This document shows, in pieces, positions 40,720 to 51,427 of a stretch of 64,000 nt of DNA; the first letter of the stretch is position 1; each line of letters opens with the position of its first letter. Origin of the DNA: Verrucomicrobiota bacterium (lineage in GTDB: Bacteria > Verrucomicrobiota > Verrucomicrobiia > Limisphaerales > AAA164-E04); NCBI GenBank assembly GCA_047947115.1, contig CP170459.1, positions 4,832,001 through 4,896,000 on the forward strand, read 5' to 3'. A program made the translations under genes and the position numbers. Below the pieces are notes generated by a model. The model searched no databases. It worked only from the letters and a program-made list of their open reading frames with translations, and was not told where the DNA came from.

Positions 40720-43389
40720 ATGGCTAAGAAAGCTGCATCACAATCAACATCCGGCGGTTACTGGTGGAAGGCCCTCCTTTTGATGGCCATCCCCTTGCTG
40801 TTGTTGTTCCGACAGGGATTTCAATCCGAAATGGTCCTTTTTTCAAATGACGGTCCCCTTGGCGTGATCAGCGCCGCCGCAGGCGCTCTGCCGGGGACTT
40901 TTTTCGGTTATTGGCACGACTTGAACTGGGTCGGGATGGAAAACCCAAGTGCGCTGCCTGACTTTTCCATGCTGCTTGGCTGGATGATCAGCAACCCGGT
41001 TGTGTACTCCAAAATATATGCTCCTGCGGCTCTGTTATTTCTGGGATTCAGCGCCTGGTTGATGGGGAGATCCCTCAAATGGAACCCCTGGGTTTGTGTG
41101 TTGGTCGGACTGGCCGCGGCTTTGAATTCAAACGCCTTTTCGAACGCCTGCTGGGGACTCCCATCCAGAGCAACCACCATGGCATCCGTCTTCCTGGCAC
41201 TGGCGGCGGTGCATGCCTCGCGTCCGAAACTAGCCATCCTGCGTTATCTGCTGGCCGGATTCGCCATCGGTCATTCCGTTCTGGAGGGATTTGATGTAGG
41301 TGCGCTTTACAGCATCGGTTTCGGGATTTATGTGGTTTATCTAAAGTGGAGCCAAAGCGAAGAAAAAGGCAAGGGAGCGGCAGCGGGACTGGGCACCCTG
41401 GCGTTGATTGTCGTGGCGGCGGGCTGGATGGCTTCGCAGGGCCTGGTCACACTGGTCGGAACCCAGCTGAGCGGGGCCGCCGAAGTGGACGCTGCTGATC
41501 CCAAGGCCACGGAAGCGCAATGGAACTTTGCAACGCAGTGGAGTTTACCAATCAATGAATCCGTCCGCCTTTTCATTCCTGGTGTATTCGGATACCGCAT
41601 GACGAATTTGGACGGCGGCATGACCGAATCCTCCTATTGGGGAGGTGTGGGACGTGACCCCAACTGGCAACCCGGACAATCCCCGATTGGATTGATGCGT
41701 CACTCGGGTTCAGGTGAATATGCCGGACTCCTCGTTATGTTGGTCGCACTGTGGGCCTTTGTGCAGACCTTTCGAAGTGAACAGCCGATTTTCGATCCGA
41801 AACAGAACCTTCTGATCCGGTTCTGGGGAGCCATGGTGGTCGGCGGATTGTTGCTGGCATTCGGCAGACATGCGCCCTTCTTTCAAATCATTTATCCCCT
41901 GCCCTTTATTCATTCCATCCGAAACCCGATCAAGTTCATGCATCTCACGCACCTCGCCTTGGTTGTGTTGTTCGGTTACGGACTTCAGGGACTTTACCGC
42001 TATTACCTGGGAGACGAAGACAAGCAGCCTGCGCCCTTTGGGGATCATCTGCGCAAATGGTGGGCGGATGTGAAAGGCAGCGACCGGACCTGGACCTGGA
42101 CCTTTGCCGTCTTCACCGGTATCAGTGTCATGGCGTGGTTGATCTATTCCTCCTCCAAAGCGGAGATGAGCAATTTTCTTATGACCGTGGGCATCCCCGC
42201 CCAGATGGCGGATCCAATCCATGCATTCAGCGCCGCCGAAGTAGGGATATTTGTGTTCTGGCTGATTGTTTCAGGAGTGGCTTTATCGACCATCCTGAGC
42301 CGTTATTGGTCGAAAGCACAATCCACAAATGTGTTTCTCATGTTGGGCGTGATACTGGTGGTGGATCTGGGGAGGGCCAACATTCCCTGGATTCAATATT
42401 ATGATTATCAATACAAATATGCGACGCATCCGGTATTGGATTTATTAAAAGAGAAACCTTACGAAGGCAGAGTGACCGCCTCCCTGAATCCGTTTGCAGG
42501 CAGTTCGCTTGCCAACCAACAGGGCGGACAATTACTTCCACAGATTTACAACGACTGGTTGCAGCACTCTTTTCCGTTCCACAACGTCCAGAGTCTGGAT
42601 GTCATTCAATGGCCACGCCCTCCAAGAATGGATCTGGATTTTGGAACAGCGTTCGCTCCGGCAGGAAATGGAGATCTGGACAAATACACTCGGCTGTGGG
42701 AATTGACCAGCACCCGTTATATTCTCGGCATGACCGGATACCTCAATTATCTGAACAACAACTTTGATCCGGGCAAGAATCGCTTTCGAGTTCACACACA
42801 ATTCAATTTCGCGCCCAAACCAGGCAAGCAGGTTGACGCGGGATTGGGCGCGGATGATCTGACCACGATCATTCAGACCAACGGCCCCTTTGCGATATTT
42901 GAATTCACGGGAGCCCATCCGCGTGCCAAACTCTACAACTCATGGCAAAGCGCCGGCACAGATCAGGAAGCCCTTGGCACACTATCCAATCCGGAATTCG
43001 ATGTATCCCGAACAGCGCTCATATCGGAAGGCTCGACGGGCACGCAAGCGACACCCTCGCCGGATACGGAACCGGGCGTTGCCGAGATCACTTCCTACGC
43101 TCCGAGAGACATTGAAATCAAATCCAATGCAACGGCACCTTCCCTATTGGTGCTCAACGATCGATACCACCCTGACTGGCATGTCTACATCGACGGAGAA
43201 AGATCTGAAATCCTTCGCAGCAATTACCTGATGCGAGGAGTGTTTGTGCCGGAGGGAGAACACCTGGTCACCTTCAAATTCGAACCGGCAGCCACGGGAC
43301 TCTATGCCGGCGTGATGGCCTGGATCACGGCTCTTGGCATTATTGGAATCGGATGGCAGGAACGCAAACAGGATCCGCCACTTCCTTAA
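40720..43389 (+). CDS. YfhO-like multi-pass membrane protein (GT-C glycosyltransferase-like)
   Basis: Many TM segments; C-terminal LVLNDRYHPDWHVYIDG...NYLMRGVFVPEGEHLVTFKFEP. Confidence 0.8.
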   Translation: MAKKAASQSTSGGYWWKALLLMAIPLLLLFRQGFQSEMVLFSNDGPLGVISAAAGALPGTFFGYWHDLNWVGMENPSALPDFSMLLGWMISNPVVYSKIYAPAALLFLGFSAWLMGRSLKWNPWVCVLVGLAAALNSNAFSNACWGLPSRATTMASVFLALAAVHASRPKLAILRYLLAGFAIGHSVLEGFDVGALYSIGFGIYVVYLKWSQSEEKGKGAAAGLGTLALIVVAAGWMASQGLVTLVGTQLSGAAEVDAADPKATEAQWNFATQWSLPINESVRLFIPGVFGYRMTNLDGGMTESSYWGGVGRDPNWQPGQSPIGLMRHSGSGEYAGLLVMLVALWAFVQTFRSEQPIFDPKQNLLIRFWGAMVVGGLLLAFGRHAPFFQIIYPLPFIHSIRNPIKFMHLTHLALVVLFGYGLQGLYRYYLGDEDKQPAPFGDHLRKWWADVKGSDRTWTWTFAVFTGISVMAWLIYSSSKAEMSNFLMTVGIPAQMADPIHAFSAAEVGIFVFWLIVSGVALSTILSRYWSKAQSTNVFLMLGVILVVDLGRANIPWIQYYDYQYKYATHPVLDLLKEKPYEGRVTASLNPFAGSSLANQQGGQLLPQIYNDWLQHSFPFHNVQSLDVIQWPRPPRMDLDFGTAFAPAGNGDLDKYTRLWELTSTRYILGMTGYLNYLNNNFDPGKNRFRVHTQFNFAPKPGKQVDAGLGADDLTTIIQTNGPFAIFEFTGAHPRAKLYNSWQSAGTDQEALGTLSNPEFDVSRTALISEGSTGTQATPSPDTEPGVAEITSYAPRDIEIKSNATAPSLLVLNDRYHPDWHVYIDGERSEILRSNYLMRGVFVPEGEHLVTFKFEPAATGLYAGVMAWITALGIIGIGWQERKQDPPLP

Positions 43390-45158
43390 GGATCACATGA
43401 GTTCAAAGCTCTGTCCCCCATTCCAACAGGAGGCAGAAAGAACGTGGACACGCTGAGCTTGTCGAGCTGGAAACCGTCCTCCCGAAACGCCAGAGTGAGG
43501 GTGTGAGGCCCGGATTCCAATGCGTGCTTTTCCATGGTGATCCATTGCCAACCGCTGGTGCCAAGACCATTGCGGGTGATGAATTCGCCGTCATCGATTT
43601 TATACCAGCAAGAGTCATCGTCGGCAGAAGGACAATTCAGACGGGCAAACACGGTAAAGAGGCCGTCACGATCCAGATTGAAAGGAATGATCACGTGATT
43701 TTCGCTTCCATCGGGAGCTGTCTGTGGACTTTGGAGCCCCGGTTTTGGGGTAACATATTTTCCACCTGAAGTCTGAGAATCGCTTCCCACAACCCAGTTG
43801 CCTCCGACAGCGGCGCATTCCGCCTCGAGCGTCATGGTATAGGCATTGGAAGCACCAGGGAACTCGGGTTTTCCGCTCCCCCACCAGGCGAACCAGCGGG
43901 ATGCGTCCACCCCTTCAAATGAATGAGTGGTTACGAGCGTGTCAGCCTGGGAGTCTCCCAACAAAAATTTATCAATGAATGCCTCCACCTCAGGTCGCTG
44001 ACTTTCGGGTAATCGGCAATGTCCATGTTCATCGACAATGGAAAACCCAAAGCGATCCCCGATTCCAAAGGTCTGCCAGACCTCGTGGGCGGCCCGGCAG
44101 GAGACATATCCGGATTCTTCAGCCAACCATTGATAATCCGGATTCCCCAAAACGAGCAACGCTCTGGGAGCCACCATGGCCATGAGTTCATGATGATCCA
44201 TCGGAAGTTTCCAGACATTGCCACCTGAAAACTGAAACATGCTTTCCATGAACCAGGCATGACTGGTCGCCCCGAGTTTCTCCACATTGCCGAGTGTCTC
44301 AGACACACGCCATGCCGCCGCTCCGCCACCTCCGGGTTCCTGAGCGATGGTCAGGGCGATCCGTTCATCAAATGCCCCGGCAAACAAGGACATTTTTCCG
44401 GCAAAAGAACATCCCGTGATGGCAAGATGTTTCAAATCAATGGGAAATTGATCCTGCACCAGCTCCAATCAATCGATCAAACGACTCACGCCCCACGACC
44501 AGGCACTGTAAGCTCCCATATGGACCAGATCAGGATAAAGCCGGTTAATGGGTTCTTCGCCGCGTTTTTGAGTATGACTCATGACCTGCCTGAAATCGTA
44601 GGCAATCCGGGCTATCCTCCGGTTGGCAAACATATCCGAAGGCAGACTGCCCGTGTCTCGACCAATCCCGATGACCGCAGGAAACGGTCCGTCTCCTTCC
44701 GGGAGTGCTATTTGCGAAGTCAGGGTAAGGGTTTGATCATTCACCGTGATGTTTACCGTGAGGGTACCATGGTTGAAGTCTGCCTGAATGTTTTCCGGGC
44801 GCCCTGGCTTCGGTCCGATTTCGTAATGTTCCATCTCCGCCTTAATCTCGGCGCGCCGCCGTGGCCAGTCCTCGAATCGGGTCGAACGCCCGCTGCCATC
44901 AGACCACGCAAACGGATCGGTCAGAGGAACAATGGCCGGTAATTCATCCAAAGCAGGAAAAAGCGGCAAAGGAAACCCAGCGCCTGTGTGCTCTGCTCCG
45001 TAAACCAAAGGAATGGAATCCTGCAAATCATCGACAAGCTCCTGAGCCACCGCACCCCCATGAAACAAACCTGAAACCATGGCGAGCATGCCAAAAGTGG
45101 ACGCAAGCCGGTTAAGACGGATGAGGGATATCCAGGAAATGCAATATGCTTTTATCAT
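43386..45158 (-). pseudogene. CE15 glucuronoyl esterase-like protein with C-terminal CBM-like domain, interrupted by an in-frame TGA at 44469-44471
   Basis: LTDPF, AWSWGVSRLID-stop-LELVQ, GCSFAGK, FDERIAL, PMDHHELMAMVAPR. Both halves are in the same frame. Confidence 0.85.
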
Positions 45159-45267
45159 GAGATTCGGCTTTGGGTGTGCCGACAAAATGATGCAACGCAC
45201 TTCGGAACGCAATCTGAATCCTGTTTATACAAGCTCCGCAAGCTTCAAGAAAACTTCCCAACCTGAA

Positions 45268-46050
45268 TCAATCACGCTTGCGAACATCACGGCAGATCCC
45301 CCGTTCAGAACCCTGAATAAAGACCAGAACATCCTGGCATGGTTTCGAGGTAAACATTTCCAATCCCTGAATCACCGCTTCACTCAGACGCAAATCACCG
45401 GAGTGAAGAAAACGATATAGCCGCTTGAGTTCGGTACGTTCGTCGACACTGAATCCGGCACGTCTCAATCCAACGGTATTCAGCCCGCACACGGTGTTGT
45501 TGGACATGGCCATCATGTACGGCGGCAGATCTTTGCTAATACCGGCCCCGCCCTGCATCATGGCCAGCGTTCCGATCCGGGCAAACTGGTGCACCATGCA
45601 GTTTCCCGAGATGAAGGCACGGTCCTCAATCACGACGTGACCCGCGATCAAGGCGCCGTTGGCAAAGGTATTGTGGTTTCCAATGTGACAATTGTGTCCC
45701 ACGTGCGAATGGGCCATGAAAAAATTCCCGTCACCGATGACGGTATCTTCTTCCAGACTGTTGGAACGATGGACCGTGACGTGCTCGCGAAAGACATTTT
45801 TAGAACCGATCCTCAATCGGGTAGGCTCCTCACCATACTTCAAATCCTGAGGTGCATCCCCGATGACCGCACCTGCATGAAACCGGCAGCCTTCCCCTGC
45901 TTCGAGGTCACCGGTCAAATGTACGTGCGGACCGACCTCGCAGTCAGGCCCCAGACGAACAGCCTCGTCAATCACGGCAAAAGCACCCACCCGAACGGAC
46001 GGATGCAGTTCGGCATCGGGATGCACAACAGCGGTGGAATGTATCAACAT
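45268..46050 (-). CDS. lpxA: Acyl-ACP--UDP-N-acetylglucosamine O-acyltransferase
   Basis: IHSTAVVHP hexapeptide repeats, PQDLKY, REHVTVHR, HVGHNC, HQFARIG, GLNTVGLRR. Confidence 0.93.
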   Translation of the reverse strand: MLIHSTAVVHPDAELHPSVRVGAFAVIDEAVRLGPDCEVGPHVHLTGDLEAGEGCRFHAGAVIGDAPQDLKYGEEPTRLRIGSKNVFREHVTVHRSNSLEEDTVIGDGNFFMAHSHVGHNCHIGNHNTFANGALIAGHVVIEDRAFISGNCMVHQFARIGTLAMMQGGAGISKDLPPYMMAMSNNTVCGLNTVGLRRAGFSVDERTELKRLYRFLHSGDLRLSEAVIQGLEMFTSKPCQDVLVFIQGSERGICRDVRKRD

Positions 46051-46053
46051 GCC

Positions 46054-46764
46054 TCAACTGTAAAAATATCCGAGCTCACGTAAAGAAGCGAAATCACGGG
46101 AGCGCTCTTCGGTTGCCTGACCGAGGATGACATGATCCAGCACATCAATGCGCAACACCTTCCCGGCCCGGATCAAATCACGCGTCACCTTGATATCCGC
46201 TTCCGACGGGGTTGGATCTCCTGACGGATGGTTATGAGCCAGAACGATGGCCGAAGCATGGTGCGCCACGGCCGGGCGAAACACCTCCCGCGGATGAATC
46301 AGTACGGAATCCAGAGTGCCTTGGGTGATCTCCACCACACGAATCAACTTGCGACGCGTATTCAGCAGCACGACCTGAAAATGCTCCACTTCCCGCATCC
46401 GGGCCTCTTCACGCAACAAATCGGCCACCCGTTCGGGTGTGTCCAGCATGGGAGCATCCGACTGGATCTCCCTGGCCATCCGCTGTGCCAGCGTAAACCC
46501 CGCCTTCAGGGTCACCGCCTTGTCCGGCCCCACGCCCGGAATCTGACGCAATTCCTGCAGGCTCGCTTTGGCCAGGCGATGCAGAGACCCAAAAGCCCGT
46601 ATCAACTGTTCAGAAACATGTATGGCGCTACGCCCCTTGAGCCCGGTCCTCAGCAGGATGGCGATCAAATCGGTATTATCCAAAGCATCCGCCCCGATTT
46701 CTATCAAACGTTCTCTGGGACGTTCTTTAAGTGGTAAATCCTTGATGCGTACACTGTGAGTCAT
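46054..46764 (-). CDS. radC: RadC (JAB/MPN domain) protein
   Basis: ERPRERL, HPREVF, AHNHPSGDPTPSEAD, LDHVI. Confidence 0.95.
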   Translation of the reverse strand: MTHSVRIKDLPLKERPRERLIEIGADALDNTDLIAILLRTGLKGRSAIHVSEQLIRAFGSLHRLAKASLQELRQIPGVGPDKAVTLKAGFTLAQRMAREIQSDAPMLDTPERVADLLREEARMREVEHFQVVLLNTRRKLIRVVEITQGTLDSVLIHPREVFRPAVAHHASAIVLAHNHPSGDPTPSEADIKVTRDLIRAGKVLRIDVLDHVILGQATEERSRDFASLRELGYFYS

Positions 46765-47022
46765 ATCCCCCTATCACAATCAAACGAATGGAAAAGAGCA
46801 AACCTACGCAGCTCCATCGGATCAAATAATCCAAGTAATCGAAGGTCGCCTTTTCAGAGTTTTCACCGCTTCGGAATCGAAATACCACGAAAATGGACCA
46901 TCACGGTGTGCATCGCATCATCGGGAACTCGACCGACCATGGCCCAAGTGACCCATGATCCAATCCCATCCAGAAAGCGGTAACTTTTTGTTAAAGCTTC
47001 CGTCAAACTTCCGAGTCATCAG

Positions 47023-47931
47023 ATGGACTTACTCTCAACCTTCAACCAACGGGTGGTCAGTCAACAACCAAGCAGTTTCGAGCTTACAGGAGGGCCGAAA
47101 TATATGGGCTGGCGTGTGGGACGGTCCAGACACCAACAGGAGGGTGCTATGATAACAACAAGGAGAATTCCAATTTTTTTGGAAGCAGTTGGATTGTGTC
47201 CGGGACCATCGGAAAAAGAAGCCCCAGGGAGGACTGGGAAATCTGCCATGTTGAGCCGGCAGAGCCTCATATACATATTCAGGTGGGCGATGCTTGGCTG
47301 GATGATCTGGTTTTCGGTCGAAAAGTCAGTCGCCCAACAAAGCTGGCTTGTACCGTTACGTCCGGAAACCATCCGTCGATCAGCGCCCCCCGCACTGGCG
47401 AGGGTTCCGAACGCTTCGGAAACCGGTTCCATACCGGATCATTCTGAAGAAAAGGAAATCAGAGGAGCTTTCGGTTTCGCACTGGGCGAAAAGGTGGATC
47501 CAAGGTTCAAGTTATATCATGACAGCCATGAGAAGGATCTGCCCTATTACAAGATCACGCCCGAGCTGACATTGACGGAAAAGATATCCATCGATTACCG
47601 GGTCCTGTTAACTCCCGGCGAGAAGAGGGTGGCCTTGATCAGAGCCAAGTGCATTTTGGAATCATTTCACGATGTCCGATCCTTTTCGCAGCGGATTCAG
47701 GAATTGATTTTGACAAAATACGGCAAAGGGACGCAGCACATCCAACCAACCAAGTTTGGTCGGAAATGGTATTATTCCAAATCAAAGCAACCAACGGTTT
47801 CCATCAGCATTGAAGAGGACTCCACCACTGGAATCGTTTATATTCAGTACTCTGATGAAGCACTTGTCAGCGAAATCAGACGGGATGTGTGGGAAAAAAG
47901 AGTGGGGAAATTCAATCTTTCGGGGCTGTAA
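47023..47931 (+). CDS. Hypothetical exported protein
   Basis: Only long ORF in the gap. A hydrophobic signal-like stretch suggests a real start near 47248. Confidence 0.55.
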   Translation: MDLLSTFNQRVVSQQPSSFELTGGPKYMGWRVGRSRHQQEGAMITTRRIPIFLEAVGLCPGPSEKEAPGRTGKSAMLSRQSLIYIFRWAMLGWMIWFSVEKSVAQQSWLVPLRPETIRRSAPPALARVPNASETGSIPDHSEEKEIRGAFGFALGEKVDPRFKLYHDSHEKDLPYYKITPELTLTEKISIDYRVLLTPGEKRVALIRAKCILESFHDVRSFSQRIQELILTKYGKGTQHIQPTKFGRKWYYSKSKQPTVSISIEEDSTTGIVYIQYSDEALVSEIRRDVWEKRVGKFNLSGL

Positions 47932-48011
47932 GCAGCCTCGCAGGACGGATCCTTCCTGCAAGACTCAAGTGTATGGCTGCTGATTTCCGGCAGATCGTTC
48001 AGCACCGCAGA

Positions 48012-48845
48012 TCATTTGTCCTTGCTACCCCGGGTGATAATGTAGCCGCCCGATTTTTCATCGCGGGTGAATCCAATGTGACCATTTTTTCCGGCGTCCT
48101 CCACCAGGTCACCAAATGATCTGTAACCATAATAAGATTCCGTGAATCCCGGTTTCCTCCGCTTCAGCGCTTCCTTAACCATGGAACCCCAAATTTTATC
48201 TCCCTCTCCCCGGTCCTGGAGCAAAGCTTCATACGTCTCGGCTATCAGCATCCAGGCTTCTTTTTTATTGATGATCTCGTCTGCCTTGGCGGATTCATCC
48301 ACCTTGACGGCTTTTTTGGATTTCTTTGAAGTAGAAGGCTTCGACGGAGGTGTGGTTTGTCGGCTTGCTTTACGACGGACAAGGTCATCATAAAACACAA
48401 ACTCGTCGCAATTCGATATGAGCAGATCCGAGGTGGAATTCTTGACCCCCACACCAACCACACGCTTGTTGTTCTCACGCAACTTGCTGACCAACGGTGA
48501 AAAATCCGAATCACCGCTGATGATAACAAAGGTATCCACGTGCTGCTTGGTATAACAGAGATCCAACGCATCCACCACCAACCGGATATCTGCAGAATTT
48601 TTGCCGGATTGACGCAGGTGTGGAATTTCGATCAATTCAAAAGAGGCTTCGTGCATCAACGATTTGTATTCGCGATAGCGAGCCCAATCGCAGTATGCCT
48701 TTTTGACGACGATATTGCCCTTTAGCAAAAACCGCTCAATGATCTTTTGAATCTGAAAACCATCGTACTTGGCATCTTTAACCCCGAGGGCAATGTTTTC
48801 GAAATCGCAAAAGAGAGCGATAATTTGAGTAGCTGAAGTTGTCAT
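48012..48845 (-). CDS. NYN domain protein with C-terminal OST-HTH/LOTUS domain
   Basis: DFENI, GKNSADIRLVVD, SGDSDFSPL, CDEF; PGFTESYYGYRSFGDLV. Confidence 0.9.
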   Translation of the reverse strand: MTTSATQIIALFCDFENIALGVKDAKYDGFQIQKIIERFLLKGNIVVKKAYCDWARYREYKSLMHEASFELIEIPHLRQSGKNSADIRLVVDALDLCYTKQHVDTFVIISGDSDFSPLVSKLRENNKRVVGVGVKNSTSDLLISNCDEFVFYDDLVRRKASRQTTPPSKPSTSKKSKKAVKVDESAKADEIINKKEAWMLIAETYEALLQDRGEGDKIWGSMVKEALKRRKPGFTESYYGYRSFGDLVEDAGKNGHIGFTRDEKSGGYIITRGSKDK

Positions 48846-49124
48846 AATGAAGCATGCACACCCGCAATTGAGTTCCTTGCGGATCTTTGTGGACCGCTGC
48901 CCCTAATCTGGATGAATTCCAGGCGGTTTCAACCAAATTCATCCTGTATTTTGAGTTCTATTCAGAACGCGTGATTGACGGCAGAACCCGACCTGACCTT
49001 TTGCTTCAACAAGGAGCAAGGTGCGATCAGTCACACCCCCCCAAACCCACAAAAGAACTTCGAAAGAAATTTGTATTTTCCATTAGGTTTTCGGAGGTGA
49101 TTCGGCGTATTATGCCTTTTTTGA

Positions 49125-51152
49125 ATGAAGCCAACTCTATTCTCTGAACTGGGACTTTCTCCCGAAATCGAAAAAGCGATCAAAAAGCTCGGATTCGAGC
49201 AGGCCTCCCCCATCCAGGCGGCGGCCATACCTGTCCTGATGGAAGGCAAAGATGTCGTGGGTCAATCACAAACAGGTTCCGGTAAAACGGCAGCCTTTGG
49301 CATCCCAGCCATAGAAAAGACCGATCCGAAACTCAAAGCGGTGCAGGTGCTGATCCTGTGCCCCACCCGTGAACTGGCGGTTCAGGTTTCCGAGGAGCTT
49401 CACAAGCTCAGTTACTATCAGAAAGCCATCACCTGCCTCCCCATTTACGGAGGCCAGTCGTATGAACGTCAATTCGTCGGGCTGCGCAAGGGGGCCCAGA
49501 TCGTTGTGGGCACGCCGGGACGCGTGATGGATCATATGGAGCGCGGCACCCTGCAGCTGGACCAGCTCCACACCATGATTCTGGATGAAGCGGACGTGAT
49601 GCTGAACATGGGATTCCGGGAAGATATTGAAATCATCCTGGGTTCACTCCCAAAAGAACGTCAGACGGTCTTCTTCTCAGCAACCATGCCCCAACCGATC
49701 CGGAATTTGATCGAAAAATTCGCCCGGAATCCGGAAAGCATCAAGATGAAACAGCAATCCATGACGGTGCCGACGGTGGAACAGTCATTTTTCGAAGTGC
49801 ATCGCCGCTTGAAAATCGAGTTGCTGACGAGACTGATCGACATCCATGACCTGAAACTGGGCATCATCTTCTGCAATACCAAGGCAATGGTCGATGAACT
49901 GGTGGAACATCTGGTCGCTCAAGGCTACCAGGCCGACCGTCTGCACGGGGACATGAGTCAGCAACAGCGGGACCGGGTCATGAACCGTTTTCGCAAATCC
50001 AGTCTTGAATTTCTAGTCGCCACGGATGTGGCAGCTCGGGGGATTGATGTCGACGACGTCGAGATCGTGATCAATTATGACATTCCCTATGATCCGGAGG
50101 ATTACGTTCATCGAATTGGACGCACAGGGCGGGCAGGTCGCAACGGCTTGGCGATGTCGTTTGTTTCGGGACGGGAAGTTTTTCGGATCAAAAACATTGA
50201 ACGCTTCACCGGCACCCACATTCGACGCACCAAGGTCCCGACCCTCCAGGACGTTGGGGAAGCCCGCAACAGCCACGTGCTGAACCGCGTCCGGGACACT
50301 TTGAGAGAGGCAAACTTCCGAAGTCAGGAACCCTTGGTGGAAAGGTTATTGGAAGAAGGATACACCTCCACCGACATTGCCGCGGCACTTCTTTACCAGC
50401 TACAGAACGGAGAATCCAATCTGGTCAAGGAAGGACAACCGGACCCTTTCGCAGAACAACCCGACCGACGCAGCACGGGAAGTGACCGACGACAAGATTC
50501 CTACCGTGAGACACGACAGGATCAAGATCATCGCAGAGAGGAACGCGGCAGTTTTCGGGAAAGACAGGGAAGGACGGGTGACCCGCGCTTTAGAAACAGG
50601 GATGATCGTCGAGGATGGGAAGACCGAAGCGCTACCCCCCGTCATCCGGCAAAAAGAAATCAGGACACAAAACCGAACGAAACCCGTAAACCAGTGCGGG
50701 CTGAAAAACACACGGCCAAACCAGAACAAAGAGCCGATGCTCCCGCCCGCAAAAATCAAGGGCCCTCGGAGTCCCTACCACCTTCATTGAGACAGAAAAG
50801 CCCGACGGAATCACCGTCGAAGCCGGAAGCCACCATCAAGACAGAAGCACGCAAGGCAACTCCTCAAACGGAACCTAAAGCCAGACCCACCCCCCCTGCT
50901 CCAACAAAAAAAGGAAACCAGGGAACGCGGCGGTTCCGTTTAAGTATCGGCAAAGAAGAAGGCATATCCTCGGAACAACTGCGGGAAGCCATCTTCAAAC
51001 TGACAGGCGTTCCAGAAAATGCCCTGGGCAAAATCGAGGTGCAGTCGAAAGGATCGATCATCGAAGTCTCCTCGGATCAGGCCGAATGGACCGCCATGAA
51101 AATGAAGCGCGCCCTCATCGCCGGCAAACGAATCAAGGCAAAATTACTCTAA
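49125..51152 (+). CDS. deaD: DEAD-box RNA helicase (DeaD/CsdA-like) with low-complexity linker and DbpA-like C-terminus
   Basis: Q motif, TGSGKT, PTRELA, TPGR, DEAD, SAT, ARGID, HRIGRTGRAG. Confidence 0.92.
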   Translation: MKPTLFSELGLSPEIEKAIKKLGFEQASPIQAAAIPVLMEGKDVVGQSQTGSGKTAAFGIPAIEKTDPKLKAVQVLILCPTRELAVQVSEELHKLSYYQKAITCLPIYGGQSYERQFVGLRKGAQIVVGTPGRVMDHMERGTLQLDQLHTMILDEADVMLNMGFREDIEIILGSLPKERQTVFFSATMPQPIRNLIEKFARNPESIKMKQQSMTVPTVEQSFFEVHRRLKIELLTRLIDIHDLKLGIIFCNTKAMVDELVEHLVAQGYQADRLHGDMSQQQRDRVMNRFRKSSLEFLVATDVAARGIDVDDVEIVINYDIPYDPEDYVHRIGRTGRAGRNGLAMSFVSGREVFRIKNIERFTGTHIRRTKVPTLQDVGEARNSHVLNRVRDTLREANFRSQEPLVERLLEEGYTSTDIAAALLYQLQNGESNLVKEGQPDPFAEQPDRRSTGSDRRQDSYRETRQDQDHRREERGSFRERQGRTGDPRFRNRDDRRGWEDRSATPRHPAKRNQDTKPNETRKPVRAEKHTAKPEQRADAPARKNQGPSESLPPSLRQKSPTESPSKPEATIKTEARKATPQTEPKARPTPPAPTKKGNQGTRRFRLSIGKEEGISSEQLREAIFKLTGVPENALGKIEVQSKGSIIEVSSDQAEWTAMKMKRALIAGKRIKAKLL

Positions 51153-51244
51153 GGTCCTGGGATTCGAACCATGTCTCATCCAGTAAATTTGATTACGTAT
51201 TGAGTTGACAAGTTTACCAGGAGTCATGTAACAAGCTTGGCAGC

Positions 51245-51313
51245 ATGAATTGGACACTGACAGCCCTACTGAATGAATTGCTACTTACCGGTAGCGAAGC
51301 AGCAGGGGTCTGA
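51245..51313 (+). CDS. Leucine-rich leader peptide MNWTLTALLNELLLTGSEAAGV
   Basis: 22 codons including 6 Leu (run ttg-cta-ctt), directly upstream of a terminator and leuA. TTGACA at 51205. Confidence 0.8.
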   Translation: MNWTLTALLNELLLTGSEAAGV

Positions 51314-51335
51314 TTCTTAACGACAGAATTTTCCG

Positions 51336-51376
51336 AAACCCCGCTGCCTTTTACCCGGCAGCGGGGTTTTTGTTTT
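51336..51376 (+). terminator. Attenuator terminator of the leuA leader
   Basis: 13-bp stem aaaccccgctgcc / ggcagcggggttt plus T tract. The leader end gcagcaggggt can pair with the 5' arm as antiterminator. Confidence 0.85.
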
Positions 51377-51427
51377 CCTGCGGCGGGTTTTGTCGTTACA
51401 ACTAGAACAAACAATAGATAAAAATAC

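Noticed and set aside
44469..44471. Selenocysteine or alternative genetic code at the in-frame TGA
   Set aside because: The position is not a Cys site, no convincing SECIS-like hairpin was seen, and TGA terminates many other genes here.
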